From: Candidatus Electronema aureum
GTDB lineage: Bacteria; Desulfobacterota; Desulfobulbia; Desulfobulbales; Desulfobulbaceae
Direction: 5' to 3'
Assembly (NCBI GenBank): GCA_004284765.1
Contig: NQJD01000008.1
Coordinates: 64,490 to 96,489, forward strand
DNA length: 32,000 bases
Position 1 is the stretch's first letter, and each line of letters opens with the position of its first letter. Positions 1-9,124 of this stretch are shown in pieces. The notes under the pieces were generated by a model that was given only the letters and a program-made list of their open reading frames with translations, ran no database searches and was not told the origin of the DNA. A program made the translations under genes and the position numbers.

Positions 1-619
1 AGGCGTGCTGCTGCTCACCGGCAACGACCTTGCTGCTGATCCGCAGAGCGCAGGCAGCGTGGTGATTGAAGGCACCCGGAACGGCAGCGCAGTGCAGACA
101 CGCCTGCTGCGGGTCGGACCAAGCGAGATCATGCTGATGCCGGACATCCCGGCGCAGGATAATTCGTGGAATAACGAATACACAGTCACGGTCAACGCCC
201 GCTACAGCGAGCATGGCACGCCGCGCACCGGCACATGCAGCCGCAAGCTGCGCACGCCGCTGCTGATCAACGGGCTGGCGTTTGAGACCGGCCCCGGCAT
301 CCTCAGCGGTGAGACAGACGCGCCTACTGCGCGGTTGAGCAGCGGCACGGCCAGCGCGTCCGAGCTACTGCGCATTCAGGCTCTGGTGGACAGCCGCACC
401 GGTCAGCTCACCTTGCGCCTCCTCGACATGCAGGAAGGCGGCAGGGCAGGCGCGGCGGTCGCAGTGACAGTGGATGGAGACTACGAGCTGCCCGGCTTCA
501 GCGGCTCGGCGGTGCAGTCGCTCACCATTGCGGTTGAGAATCTCGCCGGACTGATCAGCCTGACACGGGACAACTACAGCGGCAGACTGGTGGATGTGTT
601 GGATGTGAGGATAGAGTAA
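1..619 (+). CDS. 3' part of an HU-HIG/DUF4469-like putative DNA-binding protein, cut by the window edge; paralog of 14670..15746
   Basis: The frame is open from the window edge (frame of nt 2) to the stop at 617-619. About 50% aa identity by eye to the C-terminal ~200 aa of the 14670..15746 product. Shared motifs: GVLxLTG, PDIPAQ..WNNE, HGTPRTG, LRIQA, LLDM, GFSGSAV, YSGRLVD(V/I)LDV. Confidence 0.7.
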   Translation, partial: GVLLLTGNDLAADPQSAGSVVIEGTRNGSAVQTRLLRVGPSEIMLMPDIPAQDNSWNNEYTVTVNARYSEHGTPRTGTCSRKLRTPLLINGLAFETGPGILSGETDAPTARLSSGTASASELLRIQALVDSRTGQLTLRLLDMQEGGRAGAAVAVTVDGDYELPGFSGSAVQSLTIAVENLAGLISLTRDNYSGRLVDVLDVRIE

Positions 620-752
620 GGTCATCGTCCCGGCGGTCGTCCTGTTTGAGATAGGGTAGCCGCTGCCACCTTCCTTCCTCGCTCGGTTCTTCTCAGTCCG
701 CAAGCACCCTCTGCTGGAGACACCCTAGTGTCTCTGGCGGAGATACCGTAGT

Positions 753-770
753 ACCTAATGTGCAACTCTT
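753..770 (+). repeat. Solo copy of the MITE terminal repeat (acctaatgtgcaactctt)
   Basis: 18/18 nt identical to the outer 18 nt of the 21-bp terminal inverted repeat at 3944-3964 and 4200-4220. No partner repeat was found nearby. Confidence 0.5.
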
Positions 771-956
771 GAAGAAAATGCCCAATCCATTGGGCGCATC
801 CTGTAGAATAGCGGTGTCTAAGCCCTATTCACAAGGAGCGCGCCAATGGATCGAGACAGTTTTATTATCGCTGTCTTTCTGATTGGTTGCTCTATAGATC
901 GACTCAAAAGAGTGTTTCTATTGTCCTGCCGTCTGTAACTCAACTTGTGATGAAGA

Positions 957-1568
957 ATGAAAAGAACGATAGGTCTGCCGGTAATAGCTGCATTGTTTTT
1001 GCTGACATTATGGCCAGCTCCTACGCTGGGGCAGTGGAACATGGGCAAGACGATTAAAGACCTGCTTACCAAACGAGCCGAAGCAAAAGAAGAAAAGAAG
1101 AATGCGCAAGACCCTAAAAAGACACCAGCTCGTTTCAAGGACACCGGCGATGGTACCTTGACTGACAGTGCCACTGGCTTAATCTGGCTGAAAAATGCCA
1201 ACTGCCCCGTCTTTTTCAAGGAAGATACCGCTACCAAGAACAGCCGCAAGTGGACGGATGCACGGGTCGCGGCCAGCCGCTTGGCTCATGGTTTCTGCGG
1301 CCTGTCCGATAGCTCCAAGCAAGGTGACTGGCGACTGCCTGATCGCGAGGAGCTACTCACTGTTGCTAAAGATATCACAGGTAAAGACAAATGGTTGGCT
1401 GGCAAAGCCTTCACCGGCATCCAACCATTCTATTACTGGTCATCCACTGTGGGCGACCTTTACCCAGACTACGCCTTTTATGTCGGCCTTGTCTATGGCA
1501 TGGATAGCCATGCCTTTCAGCTCAACAGCTTCCACGTGCTGCCAGTGCGGGGTAAGAAGAAGCCGTAG
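957..1568 (+). CDS. Secreted DUF1566 (Lcl C-terminal domain) family protein
   Basis: N-terminal signal peptide (MKRTIGLPVIAALFLLTLWPAPTLG). DUF1566-like motifs: TDSATGLIWLKNAN, GDWRLPDREELLTV, YWSST, FHVLPVRG. Confidence 0.75.
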   Translation: MKRTIGLPVIAALFLLTLWPAPTLGQWNMGKTIKDLLTKRAEAKEEKKNAQDPKKTPARFKDTGDGTLTDSATGLIWLKNANCPVFFKEDTATKNSRKWTDARVAASRLAHGFCGLSDSSKQGDWRLPDREELLTVAKDITGKDKWLAGKAFTGIQPFYYWSSTVGDLYPDYAFYVGLVYGMDSHAFQLNSFHVLPVRGKKKP

Positions 1569-1574
1569 CTCGCA

Positions 1575-2951
1575 TCAGCAGGGTGCGCTGCCCGGTGTAC
1601 GGGGAAAGGGAATCACGTCGCGAATGTTGCTGATGCCGGTGACGAACTGCACCAGCCGCTCGAAGCCGAGACCAAAGCCCGCGTGCGGCACAGAGCCAAA
1701 CCGCCGCAAGTCCAAGTACCAGCTGTACTCTTCCAGATCAAGCCCCGCCGCCCGCATTCGTCCTTCTAACAGCTCCAGCCGTTCCTCGCGCTGACTCCCG
1801 CCCACCAGCTCGCCAATGCCCGGCACGAGGATGTCCATCGCCGCCACGGTCGTGTCGTCGTCATTCAGGCGCATGTAGAACGGCTTGATCTGCTTGGGGT
1901 AATCCGTGACAATCAGCGGCCTGCCTGCCAGCTCCTCGCACAAGAAGCGTTCGTGCTCAGACTGGAGATCGCTGCCCCACTGCACCGGAAACTCAAACTG
2001 CTTGCCTGAGGTGCGCAGAGCCTCCACGGCCTCGGTGTAGCTCATTCGGGCAAAGGGCTGCGCCTGCACCGCCTCCAGCTTTTGCAGTAATCCCTTGCTG
2101 ACAAAGCGTTCAAACAACTCCAGTTCGTCAGCGCAATTGGCCTGCACGACAGCAACCAAGTCCTTGATCAGGGCTTCGGCAACGGCCATGTCGCCAGCAA
2201 GGTCGCAGAAGGCCATTTCCGGCTCCAGCATCCAGAATTCAGCCAAGTGCCGCGCCGTGTTGGAGTTCTCCGCTCTGAAGGTGGGGCCAAAGGTATAGAC
2301 GCGGCCATGCGAGAGGGCGAATATCTCGGCTTGCAGCTGGCCGCTCACGGTGAGACCAGCCCTTCGGCCAAAGAAGTCCTGCTGGAACGGCTCTGGTTGG
2401 CGCAGCTGCTTGCCCGTCAGGGCGGTGACAGTGAACATCTCGCCTGCGCCCTCGCAATCCGAGGTGGTGATGATGGGCGTGTGCACCTGAACAAAGCCCT
2501 GCTCGCGGAAGAAGCGGTGAATGGCAAAGTTCAGCTCAGAGCGGATGCGCGCCACGGCCCCGAAGGAGTTGGTGCGTGGGCGCAGGTGGCTGATCGAACG
2601 CAGAAACTCGACGCTGTGCCTCTTCTTTTGGAGAGGGTAGATCTCCGGGTCTGCCAAGCCGATCACAGTCAGGCGTTCCGCCCGCACCTCCACTGCTTGG
2701 CCTTTGGCGGGCGAGGCAGTCAGTCTGCCGCAGACCCTGACAGCGCAGCCCGTGCTCAGGCGGCGCACTTCGCTTTCGTAATTCGTCAGATTCGGCTCGG
2801 CCACCACTTGCAGCCCAGCCAAGCAGGAGCCGTCTGTCACCTCGATGAAGCAAAGACTGCCGGAGTCGCGGCATGTTCTCACCCAGCCCTGCACCTCCAC
2901 GGTCTGCTCTGCTGGGGCGGTATGAAGAAGCTCTTTGATGCGTGGAAGCAT
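1575..2951 (-). CDS. asnS: Asparagine--tRNA ligase
   Basis: Class IIb aaRS with the AsnRS signature [24 protein letters not shown] and C-terminal [10 protein letters not shown]. The start is set at the internal ATG (MLPRIKELL), which follows AGGAGAG. The 31-codon upstream extension to 3044 is unlike AsnRS N-termini. Confidence 0.93.
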   Translation of the reverse strand: MLPRIKELLHTAPAEQTVEVQGWVRTCRDSGSLCFIEVTDGSCLAGLQVVAEPNLTNYESEVRRLSTGCAVRVCGRLTASPAKGQAVEVRAERLTVIGLADPEIYPLQKKRHSVEFLRSISHLRPRTNSFGAVARIRSELNFAIHRFFREQGFVQVHTPIITTSDCEGAGEMFTVTALTGKQLRQPEPFQQDFFGRRAGLTVSGQLQAEIFALSHGRVYTFGPTFRAENSNTARHLAEFWMLEPEMAFCDLAGDMAVAEALIKDLVAVVQANCADELELFERFVSKGLLQKLEAVQAQPFARMSYTEAVEALRTSGKQFEFPVQWGSDLQSEHERFLCEELAGRPLIVTDYPKQIKPFYMRLNDDDTTVAAMDILVPGIGELVGGSQREERLELLEGRMRAAGLDLEEYSWYLDLRRFGSVPHAGFGLGFERLVQFVTGISNIRDVIPFPRTPGSAPC

Positions 2952-3147
2952 GGTTTCTCTCTCCTGTGTTGTTATATGATCCAATCTCATGCTATGAAGC
3001 AGCGGGTAACGGCGCAGGCATTCAGCGAAGAAACCGTTTGACAAGACTGCGGCAGCACGTTACGCTGACTGCATCTGCCCTCCTTTTCTCCACCTGAACT
3101 GTCTGAAACCCTCATTACCCCGCTTCTCTATCTAAAGGATAACCCAG

Positions 3148-3402
3148 ATGGTCACCACAACGCTTGACATCCGCACCCTGCGCCTGAGCCTTGACGACGT
3201 GCTCGCCTTGGTGCGCAAAGGGGCCGCAGTCCTGCTCACGGAAGGCAGCGTACCGTTGGCCCGCTTGGTTCCCCTTGCACCGCCGGAGGCAGGCCGCATC
3301 CCTGGGCTGCACAACGGCAGCATGGAGGCAGCGGATGACTTTGATGCCTCGCTGCCCGATGACTTCTGGCGCAATCAAAGGCGGAGCAGGCCGCGCTCCT
3401 GA
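3148..3402 (+). CDS. Type II antitoxin-like protein (Phd/YefM- or DUF2281-like), with no adjacent toxin
   Basis: The product has the pattern LSLDDVLALVRKGAAVLLTEGSVPLARLVPL ... IPGLHNGSMEAADDFDASLPDDFW, typical of VapB/Phd-type antitoxins. AAGGA lies upstream of the ATG. Confidence 0.55.
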   Translation: MVTTTLDIRTLRLSLDDVLALVRKGAAVLLTEGSVPLARLVPLAPPEAGRIPGLHNGSMEAADDFDASLPDDFWRNQRRSRPRS

Positions 3403-3473
3403 GAGCTGTGATGCTGTCTTCCAGGAGTACCAAGCAGATGTGATATGGTGAGTGCGAAGCCCCGCGCGCCCCC

Positions 3474-4793
3474 TTATTCAATATTCCCGCTCCGCTGCAC
3501 CCGTGCTGTGCTCTCTGGGGCAATGTACCATGCTCCCCCAGTATTGCCACGAAGGTCATTATCCTCGAAGATGCCGCCTCCATCTAAAATCACCGCAATA
3601 CCCACACTGCTGTTCTGCGTGATGCGGTTGCGGCGCAGGATCGGGTTGCTGTCTGTCCTAATAATTAAGTTGCCGCCTGTCGTAATTACGCCTGGCATGA
3701 TCTCCACGCCAGGCCCCTCATTGGCGAATATCTCGTTGTCCTCCAGCGTCGCTTGGCTGTTCCTCATATAAATGCCGCCTCCGCTGTATATCGACGAAAG
3801 AAAACCAAAGCGGCCATTCATAAAGATACGGTTGCGGCGCAGGGTTGGGTTGCTGCCTGACATGATAATACCGTATAGTACGCCGTCAAATATCTCGTTG
3901 TCCTCCAGCGTCCCTTGACCATTCTCCATAAAGATACAGTAACACCTAATGTGCAACTCTTTTTAGCTTACAAGTTACACGAAATATCCTCTTGAAAATA
4001 CAGGAATTGTACTGAACAGCCGATATTGAAAACACCAGAGATCGTATGCGCAATGGGTTTGCTTTAAAACATTTCAGCAAATGAGAGCCTACTGTTTCCC
4101 GGCAAACTTCCTGATTATGTGCAGACGGCGAGATGCCCAAGTTGGGATCACAATCAAATTAAAATTGCAGTAAGACTGTCTTCAGCGACACACTATCCCA
4201 AAAAGAGTTGCACATTAGGTACAGTAACTATTCCCGCCATGAATGCGACAGCGGCGGATGAGTGGAGTTGCGCCCTTGTGGATTCTCACGCAGTCATTAC
4301 CGCTGCCTGAAATGTCGCAATCCTCTAGTTCAAGCTTGCCCTTGGCAATCGCGACACAGCAATACAGAGTTAGGTTGGCGATCCGTCCATTCTCTGCGTC
4401 AAACCGAACGGCATTGCTGCCATCACCTGCAATCATAATGTCGCTTCGCTCCCCTTCTCCTATGATCTCGACTGGTTTGTCAATCACTATGCTTTCTTTG
4501 TACAAACCAGGCCGAACAAAGATTCGGGTGCCTGCTTTTACGGCCTTTAGCGCATTAGTGATTGTTGCATAGTCGTCGTGATTGGACGAATCCACCACCA
4601 CGGTTGGTGGCCCGTTCGCATACTTATCATCCTTATTCACATAGCTCAGAAAGGCAAGTGGTGTCCGGCTCAATTCGGGTTCCTCCGCAGCGGTGTTGGT
4701 TGCTTGTTCCTGCATCAGCCGCATAATAACTGCGTTTCTGCCGCGCTGCAAGCGGTTCAGACTGCGGCGCGGCTGGTGACGGCACGGCATCAC
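3474..4793 (-). pseudogene. Right-handed parallel beta-helix repeat protein (NosD/pectate-lyase-like fold), interrupted by a MITE
   Basis: ORFs 4215..4793 and 3474..3956 both carry beta-helix repeat units (ATLEDNEIF, NPxLRRNRI). Removing 3944-4228 in silico joins them in frame: ...RIHGGNSYC-IFMENGQGTLEDNEIF... The result is one ORF of about 345 aa. Confidence 0.8.
3944..4220. mobile_element. 277-bp non-autonomous element (MITE) with perfect 21-bp terminal inverted repeats and an 8-bp target-site duplication
   Basis: The left repeat at 3944-3964 (acctaatgtgcaactcttttt) is the exact reverse complement of 4200-4220. Direct repeats acagtaac flank it at 3936-3943 and 4221-4228. The interior is AT-rich and has no ORF. 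Confidence 0.8.
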
Positions 4794-5115
4794 TGCCAGC
4801 GACGGCCTGCTATCATCCTCAGTGATGCTACGCTGCCACCCTAAGCAACACTATGCTGTCACTGCACGCGCCAGTGTAGGGGGAAAAATCTTTTACCCTT
4901 GTTGGCAATACCGGGCCGGTGCAGGAACATCACGCCCAACTCCCCAAGGCAACGCGGCAGCGGAGGGCTTGCAAAGCGTCTCCACTCTGCAAGCCGGACA
5001 CAAAAAAGGCTTGCCTGTAGCGCCCATCTTCATTAATGTTCGGGCTATTTCTTTTCTGCGCAGACCCGTACTTTTTGCCCAAGGCCAAGCCGCTGAATCC
5101 TGCCGAGACTCCATC

Positions 5116-5922
5116 ATGACTCTGCCCCGCATGACGACAGAAATTCTTCCCGACATTCAGAAGATGGGGGATTCGAGAGGTATTGCCATCAATAAGGTTG
5201 GCATCAAGAACTTTCGTTTACCAGTCTATGTGCAAGATCGGCTGAATAAAGGCCAGCATACTATTGCAGACTGTAGCATGTATGTGAATCTTCCCTGCGA
5301 TTTCAAGGGAACGCACATGTCGCGCTTTGCAGAAATCCTCCATGCGGAAGAATTTGCAGTCACGCTGCATTCTGTGAAAGATACCCTGCTGAAAATGACC
5401 CAGTTGCTTGATGCCAGAGACGCATATCTGGAGTTAGCCTTCTGCTATTTCATCAAGAAGAACGCACCGGTCTCCGGCATTGCCAGCATGATGGATTACA
5501 AAGTAACCCTGATGGGCGAGCTTGTTGACGGGAAGTATGCAATCTTCATCAAGGCCGTGGTGCCGATCACCAGTCTCTGTCCCTGCTCAAAGGAAATTTC
5601 GCAGTACGGTGCGCATAATCAGCGTTCTTATGTTACCGTAACGGTAGAGCTGAAGAAGTTTGTTTGGATCGAGGAAATCATCAGAATCATCGAAGACTCT
5701 GGTTCTTGTGAGGTCTATGGCATCCTCAAGCGGCCTGATGAGAAGTATGTGACCGAGAAAGCCTACGATAATCCCAAGTTTGTCGAGGATATCGTCCGAG
5801 ATATTGCTGTGCGTCTGAATCAAGACGACCGCATTGTCGCTTATGTAGTAAAATCAGAGAACGTTGAATCGATTCATAATCATTCCGCCATCGCGGTGAT
5901 CACCCGTGATAAGCGGCAATGA
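5116..5922 (+). CDS. folE2: GTP cyclohydrolase FolE2/MptA family (type IB)
   Basis: Motifs: LPDIQ...RGIAINKVGIKNFRLPV, FKGTHMSRF, and the Cys motif SLCPCSKEIS..GAHNQRS. The start is set at MTLPRM (5116). The 98-codon upstream extension from 4822 looks non-coding. Confidence 0.85.
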   Translation: MTLPRMTTEILPDIQKMGDSRGIAINKVGIKNFRLPVYVQDRLNKGQHTIADCSMYVNLPCDFKGTHMSRFAEILHAEEFAVTLHSVKDTLLKMTQLLDARDAYLELAFCYFIKKNAPVSGIASMMDYKVTLMGELVDGKYAIFIKAVVPITSLCPCSKEISQYGAHNQRSYVTVTVELKKFVWIEEIIRIIEDSGSCEVYGILKRPDEKYVTEKAYDNPKFVEDIVRDIAVRLNQDDRIVAYVVKSENVESIHNHSAIAVITRDKRQ

Positions 5923-5928
5923 ATCGTG

Positions 5929-7212
5929 CTAACGCCTTTTTTTGCTTTTCTTCTTAACCATCACCCGCTTGACTGACTTTCGCACCACGTTCTCCACGCC
6001 GCCGTTTTGCAGTAATGCCAGCACATCGTTGCGCCGATTAGCGGCTTGGTTGAGCAGAATCACATAGGCTTTGCCATCAACAAGATAGCCCGCGTAATTC
6101 CAAACTCCTTTCATACTGCCGGACTTGCTCGGCGTGCCAAGATGCTTGCGCAGCAACCAAGCGTGAGGTCGGAACGCTCGCAGCACTTCCAGCATCGCCC
6201 GCGCTGTCACCCGGTCGCCACGATATAGGCCGGAGCCATCCTTGTGAATAAGAGCAGCAGCGGTTTGCTGGCCGAGCTGTCGCTCCAACTCCTGATGTAC
6301 AGCCCGATCTGCCTTGCTCCACGTTGCGGGCCAGCCGAATTCTTCCGCACCAACTGCCAGATAAACCAGATTAGAGATAAAATTGGAGGAGTATTTGAGG
6401 AAGGAGGAAGTCAGTTCCTGCAAGTTCTTGCTGCTGCGGTGCTCGTAGAACAGTTTGACATCAGGCGGCACTTGCTTTAGGCTCAAATGACCTTGGCCGG
6501 GAATGCCTGCTTCCTGCTGGAGAGCACGGAAAAGTTGGGCCGTGTAGCGGGCCATTTCCCGGTTAGCATTGCAGCGGCCCCGGCAGATGTTGATCCGCGT
6601 CCACGTGCTAGGCGGCAGACCCGCCGCCAGCTCTGTCATCAGCGGCAGCAGCGGAGTATGCTCTTCGCCGGACGATACAAAGCCTTCTCGCGTCACCCGC
6701 ACTGGCACGCTATTGAAGTTGACCGCTGTCGGGCCGACCGGCGCGTCATAGGGATTGTCGCTAAACTCGCTGCCCGGCGACTGGTATTCAAGAGCGAAAT
6801 TAGAGGGATCAATGTAGATGGCATTAACCTGCCGCAGGCCGCGCTGCTTGAGTTCGGCGAAAATGAGGCGGATTTCCTCCGAGGTCAGCATGGGGTCGCC
6901 GAAACCTTGGATATAGAGACCGTCCTCCGCATCTGTGTAGAAACGGGTCTTGAAGCGGTATTCCGGCCCCAGAATGGCCAGCGCGGCCAGCGCGGTCGGC
7001 ACCTTGAGGATGCTGGCCGGGATGTAGGGCGTGTCAATATTGCAGCTCTCGACGATGTTGCCTTGCAGATCGGCGACCGCATACGCGCCGTTCTGAATCA
7101 GTCCGGCATAGGGCGGCGGGCAGTCGGCGGCAAGGGCGTTTTGGCCGACGGCAAGCAGCAGGGTTAAAAAAAGAGGAACTATATTGGAACACATGGTCTT
7201 CCGCATGTTCAA
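5929..7212 (-). CDS. D-alanyl-D-alanine carboxypeptidase/endopeptidase, PBP4 (peptidase S13) family
   Basis: Signal peptide present. SxxK motif (ASILK), SxN (YSSNF) and a KTG-like KSG (SKSGSMKG) occur in the expected order. The C-terminal tail is basic. Confidence 0.8.
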   Translation of the reverse strand: MNMRKTMCSNIVPLFLTLLLAVGQNALAADCPPPYAGLIQNGAYAVADLQGNIVESCNIDTPYIPASILKVPTALAALAILGPEYRFKTRFYTDAEDGLYIQGFGDPMLTSEEIRLIFAELKQRGLRQVNAIYIDPSNFALEYQSPGSEFSDNPYDAPVGPTAVNFNSVPVRVTREGFVSSGEEHTPLLPLMTELAAGLPPSTWTRINICRGRCNANREMARYTAQLFRALQQEAGIPGQGHLSLKQVPPDVKLFYEHRSSKNLQELTSSFLKYSSNFISNLVYLAVGAEEFGWPATWSKADRAVHQELERQLGQQTAAALIHKDGSGLYRGDRVTARAMLEVLRAFRPHAWLLRKHLGTPSKSGSMKGVWNYAGYLVDGKAYVILLNQAANRRNDVLALLQNGGVENVVRKSVKRVMVKKKSKKRR

Positions 7213-7239
7213 TCACTTGGGCTGAGAACTGCCCTCACG

Positions 7240-7533
7240 TCAGCTGTCAAATCTTTTGAGAGCCATCTTGTACACTTGGCTTTTATCCCGCTTGCCCACA
7301 GCGATGACTGCCACAACCAGCTCTTTGTCGCGCAACTGATAAACAAGACGATATCCGGCTCTGAGAAGTTTGATCTTGTAACAATCCTTCATGCCACTGA
7401 GCTGCGCACTTTGCACCCTCGGTTGCTCAAGCCGTTCTTTGAGTTTCTTGGCAAAGAGCGAACGGACGGTTTCATCCAAGCTGTCCCATTCTTTCTTAGC
7501 CTCCTGCTTGAAGACTAGCTTAAAGGTCATCAA
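7240..7533 (-). CDS. RelE/StbE (ParE superfamily) type II toxin
   Basis: Product of about 97 aa with FKQEAKKEWDSLD...LKERLEQPR...YKIKLLRAGYRLVYQ..D..LVVAVIAVGKRDKSQVY. It overlaps the upstream antitoxin gene by about 11-14 nt. Confidence 0.8.
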   Translation of the reverse strand: MMTFKLVFKQEAKKEWDSLDETVRSLFAKKLKERLEQPRVQSAQLSGMKDCYKIKLLRAGYRLVYQLRDKELVVAVIAVGKRDKSQVYKMALKRFDS

Positions 7534-7774
7534 GCTTTACCTCAATCTCAGGTTGGCTTTCCCGCCTCCTGACAAGTTCGGCCAGCTCGACATCTTCCAG
7601 TCTGTCCAACAGCATTTCGTAAAGCTCTGCCGGGACTGCATAGAATGCCGGTTCGTCATGATGAAGAATAACAACCGGAGCACCATGTCCCTGCTGAAGC
7701 ACGGCTAAAGGATTTTTCTGTAGTTCGCTTATTCCGGCACTGACATCGGCCAAGATTGAACGTGTGCGAGCCAT
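7520..7774 (-). CDS. Phd/YefM (StbD-like) type II antitoxin
   Basis: 84 aa with ISELQKNPLAVLQQGHGAPVVILHHDEPAFYAVPAELYEML. It lies directly upstream of the RelE-like gene and overlaps it. Confidence 0.8.
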   Translation of the reverse strand: MARTRSILADVSAGISELQKNPLAVLQQGHGAPVVILHHDEPAFYAVPAELYEMLLDRLEDVELAELVRRRESQPEIEVKLDDL

Positions 7775-7929
7775 GATGAGTTCCTCCTTCGCATCAGATG
7801 CGGCATGTTTTCAAATTGCTGTGGCTACAAGATACAGCGCGGAAGGAAAGGATGCAATCCGGCCAGTCGCTTGCGTTTGAGCAAGCACTTGGAAAAAATA
7901 GCAGGATAGTTATTTATAAAATATAAAAT

Positions 7930-9036
7930 TTACCATCCTAATAAATTAAACACACATTCGTTTGCACTTACAGCATCTGCCAAGTTGGTTTGAAATTTAA
8001 AAAAAGATGAAAATATGCTACCCCATCCTGCTTCATATGAAATATTTATTTGTTTTCCGCAGAATTGGTATGTCGCAAATGTATTTGCTGCACCTATAAA
8101 ATTATTAATTAAAATTACATTTCCTATAAAAGGGAGTCTTGAGAGAGGAAACTTTGTTGAAAAAACAGAAACGGCATCAGAAATACAAGTTATAACTGAG
8201 GACATGTCGCAGTATGCTTCTTTATAGCTCTTTCCAAGATTTCTTTCTCCGCATATTTTATTTAAATATTCGTCAACAACAGGAAATTCTTGAGTAGATG
8301 CATTGTATTCTGTTCCAGAATTTAGCCTGTCTTGGCATTTTTTAAAAAAATCACTACTGTCATCTTGATATATTTCAGAATAATGTATCATTTTAGATAA
8401 AACCCCTAACCATCCACTCCATTTATACCACGCTTCAGAACATTCTCTATACCATTCTCTATAGCATTGACTGTTTTCGTCAACATGATCACAAAATCTA
8501 CTTGCGCTTGCAAGTGAATACAGGTAACTGCCATTGCCTGTATCATATCTGTTAACCTCGCACGCATAAAGCATATCTATATCATGCGTTGTTGTTACGC
8601 TGCAATTATTAATGAATAATTGCATTATTTCGAAATAATCATCACTCTGTCTTATTAATTTTTCAAAATAGCTTGACATATAATGAGACTCGCAGAAAGA
8701 AGTAAGTCTTTCGATAGATTCGTAATTTTCTTTGTAATTTTGTATGAAAAATTCTTTATTATAATTTAGAACAACTGGAATTCCAGCTACGCGTTTTGAT
8801 AATGGAAATATCAAACAAAAAGAAAGACTTTCTATTTTATTTCTTATTTCTTCTTCTTTTCTTCTTCTCATCTCTTTATCCTTATCGTCAAAAAATGCTG
8901 CACCCGCAGAAGAGACTAATAGGACAAACAGGAAGGCAAGAAAAAATGAGCAGCGGGACAGGAAAGATATAGACCGCAAAGACATGATCATTCTCCAAAA
9001 AAGAGTGTTACGGAGCGGACAAGCAGGACTTTTCAT
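7930..9036 (-). CDS. Hypothetical membrane-anchored or secreted Cys-rich protein in a low-GC segment
   Basis: A 368-codon ORF is unlikely by chance in very AT-rich DNA. It has an N-terminal hydrophobic segment (FFLAFLFVLLVSSAGAAFF), about 15 Cys, and many Tyr/Phe/Asn. No family was recognised. Confidence 0.6.
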   Translation of the reverse strand: MKSPACPLRNTLFWRMIMSLRSISFLSRCSFFLAFLFVLLVSSAGAAFFDDKDKEMRRRKEEEIRNKIESLSFCLIFPLSKRVAGIPVVLNYNKEFFIQNYKENYESIERLTSFCESHYMSSYFEKLIRQSDDYFEIMQLFINNCSVTTTHDIDMLYACEVNRYDTGNGSYLYSLASASRFCDHVDENSQCYREWYRECSEAWYKWSGWLGVLSKMIHYSEIYQDDSSDFFKKCQDRLNSGTEYNASTQEFPVVDEYLNKICGERNLGKSYKEAYCDMSSVITCISDAVSVFSTKFPLSRLPFIGNVILINNFIGAANTFATYQFCGKQINISYEAGWGSIFSSFFKFQTNLADAVSANECVFNLLGW

Positions 9037-9124
9037 ATCACATTGGCGCGGTTAGGGCAATAAAAAAGGTGCGGCCTTTGCGAGCCTGTACCTTTTTTCA
9101 GCACGGTAACATGGCGTGGGATCC

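Noticed and set aside
1195-1794. 199-aa + strand ORF bridging the DUF1566 gene and asnS
   Set aside because: It overlaps two well-supported genes in other frames and strands and has no motifs.
2247-3041. 264-aa + strand ORF, plus smaller ORFs at 2095-2298, 2239-2457 and 2536-2874
   Set aside because: They are antisense to or overlap asnS and have low-complexity Arg/Ala composition. They are shadow ORFs.
4600-4680. TIR-like start motif (FLSYVNKDDKY) in the N-terminal part of the beta-helix protein
   Set aside because: The beta-helix N-cap sequence follows after only about 15 residues (ATITNALKAVKAGTRIFVRPGLYKE). There is no room for a TIR domain.
4822-5115. 98-codon N-terminal extension of folE2 offered by the ORF track
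   Set aside because: The extension has no resemblance to FolE2 N-termini. The family-typical sequence begins at MTLPRM (5116).
6487-7167. 226-aa + strand ORF
   Set aside because: It is antisense to the PBP4-family gene, which carries the SxxK, SxN and KSG motifs. No motifs of its own.
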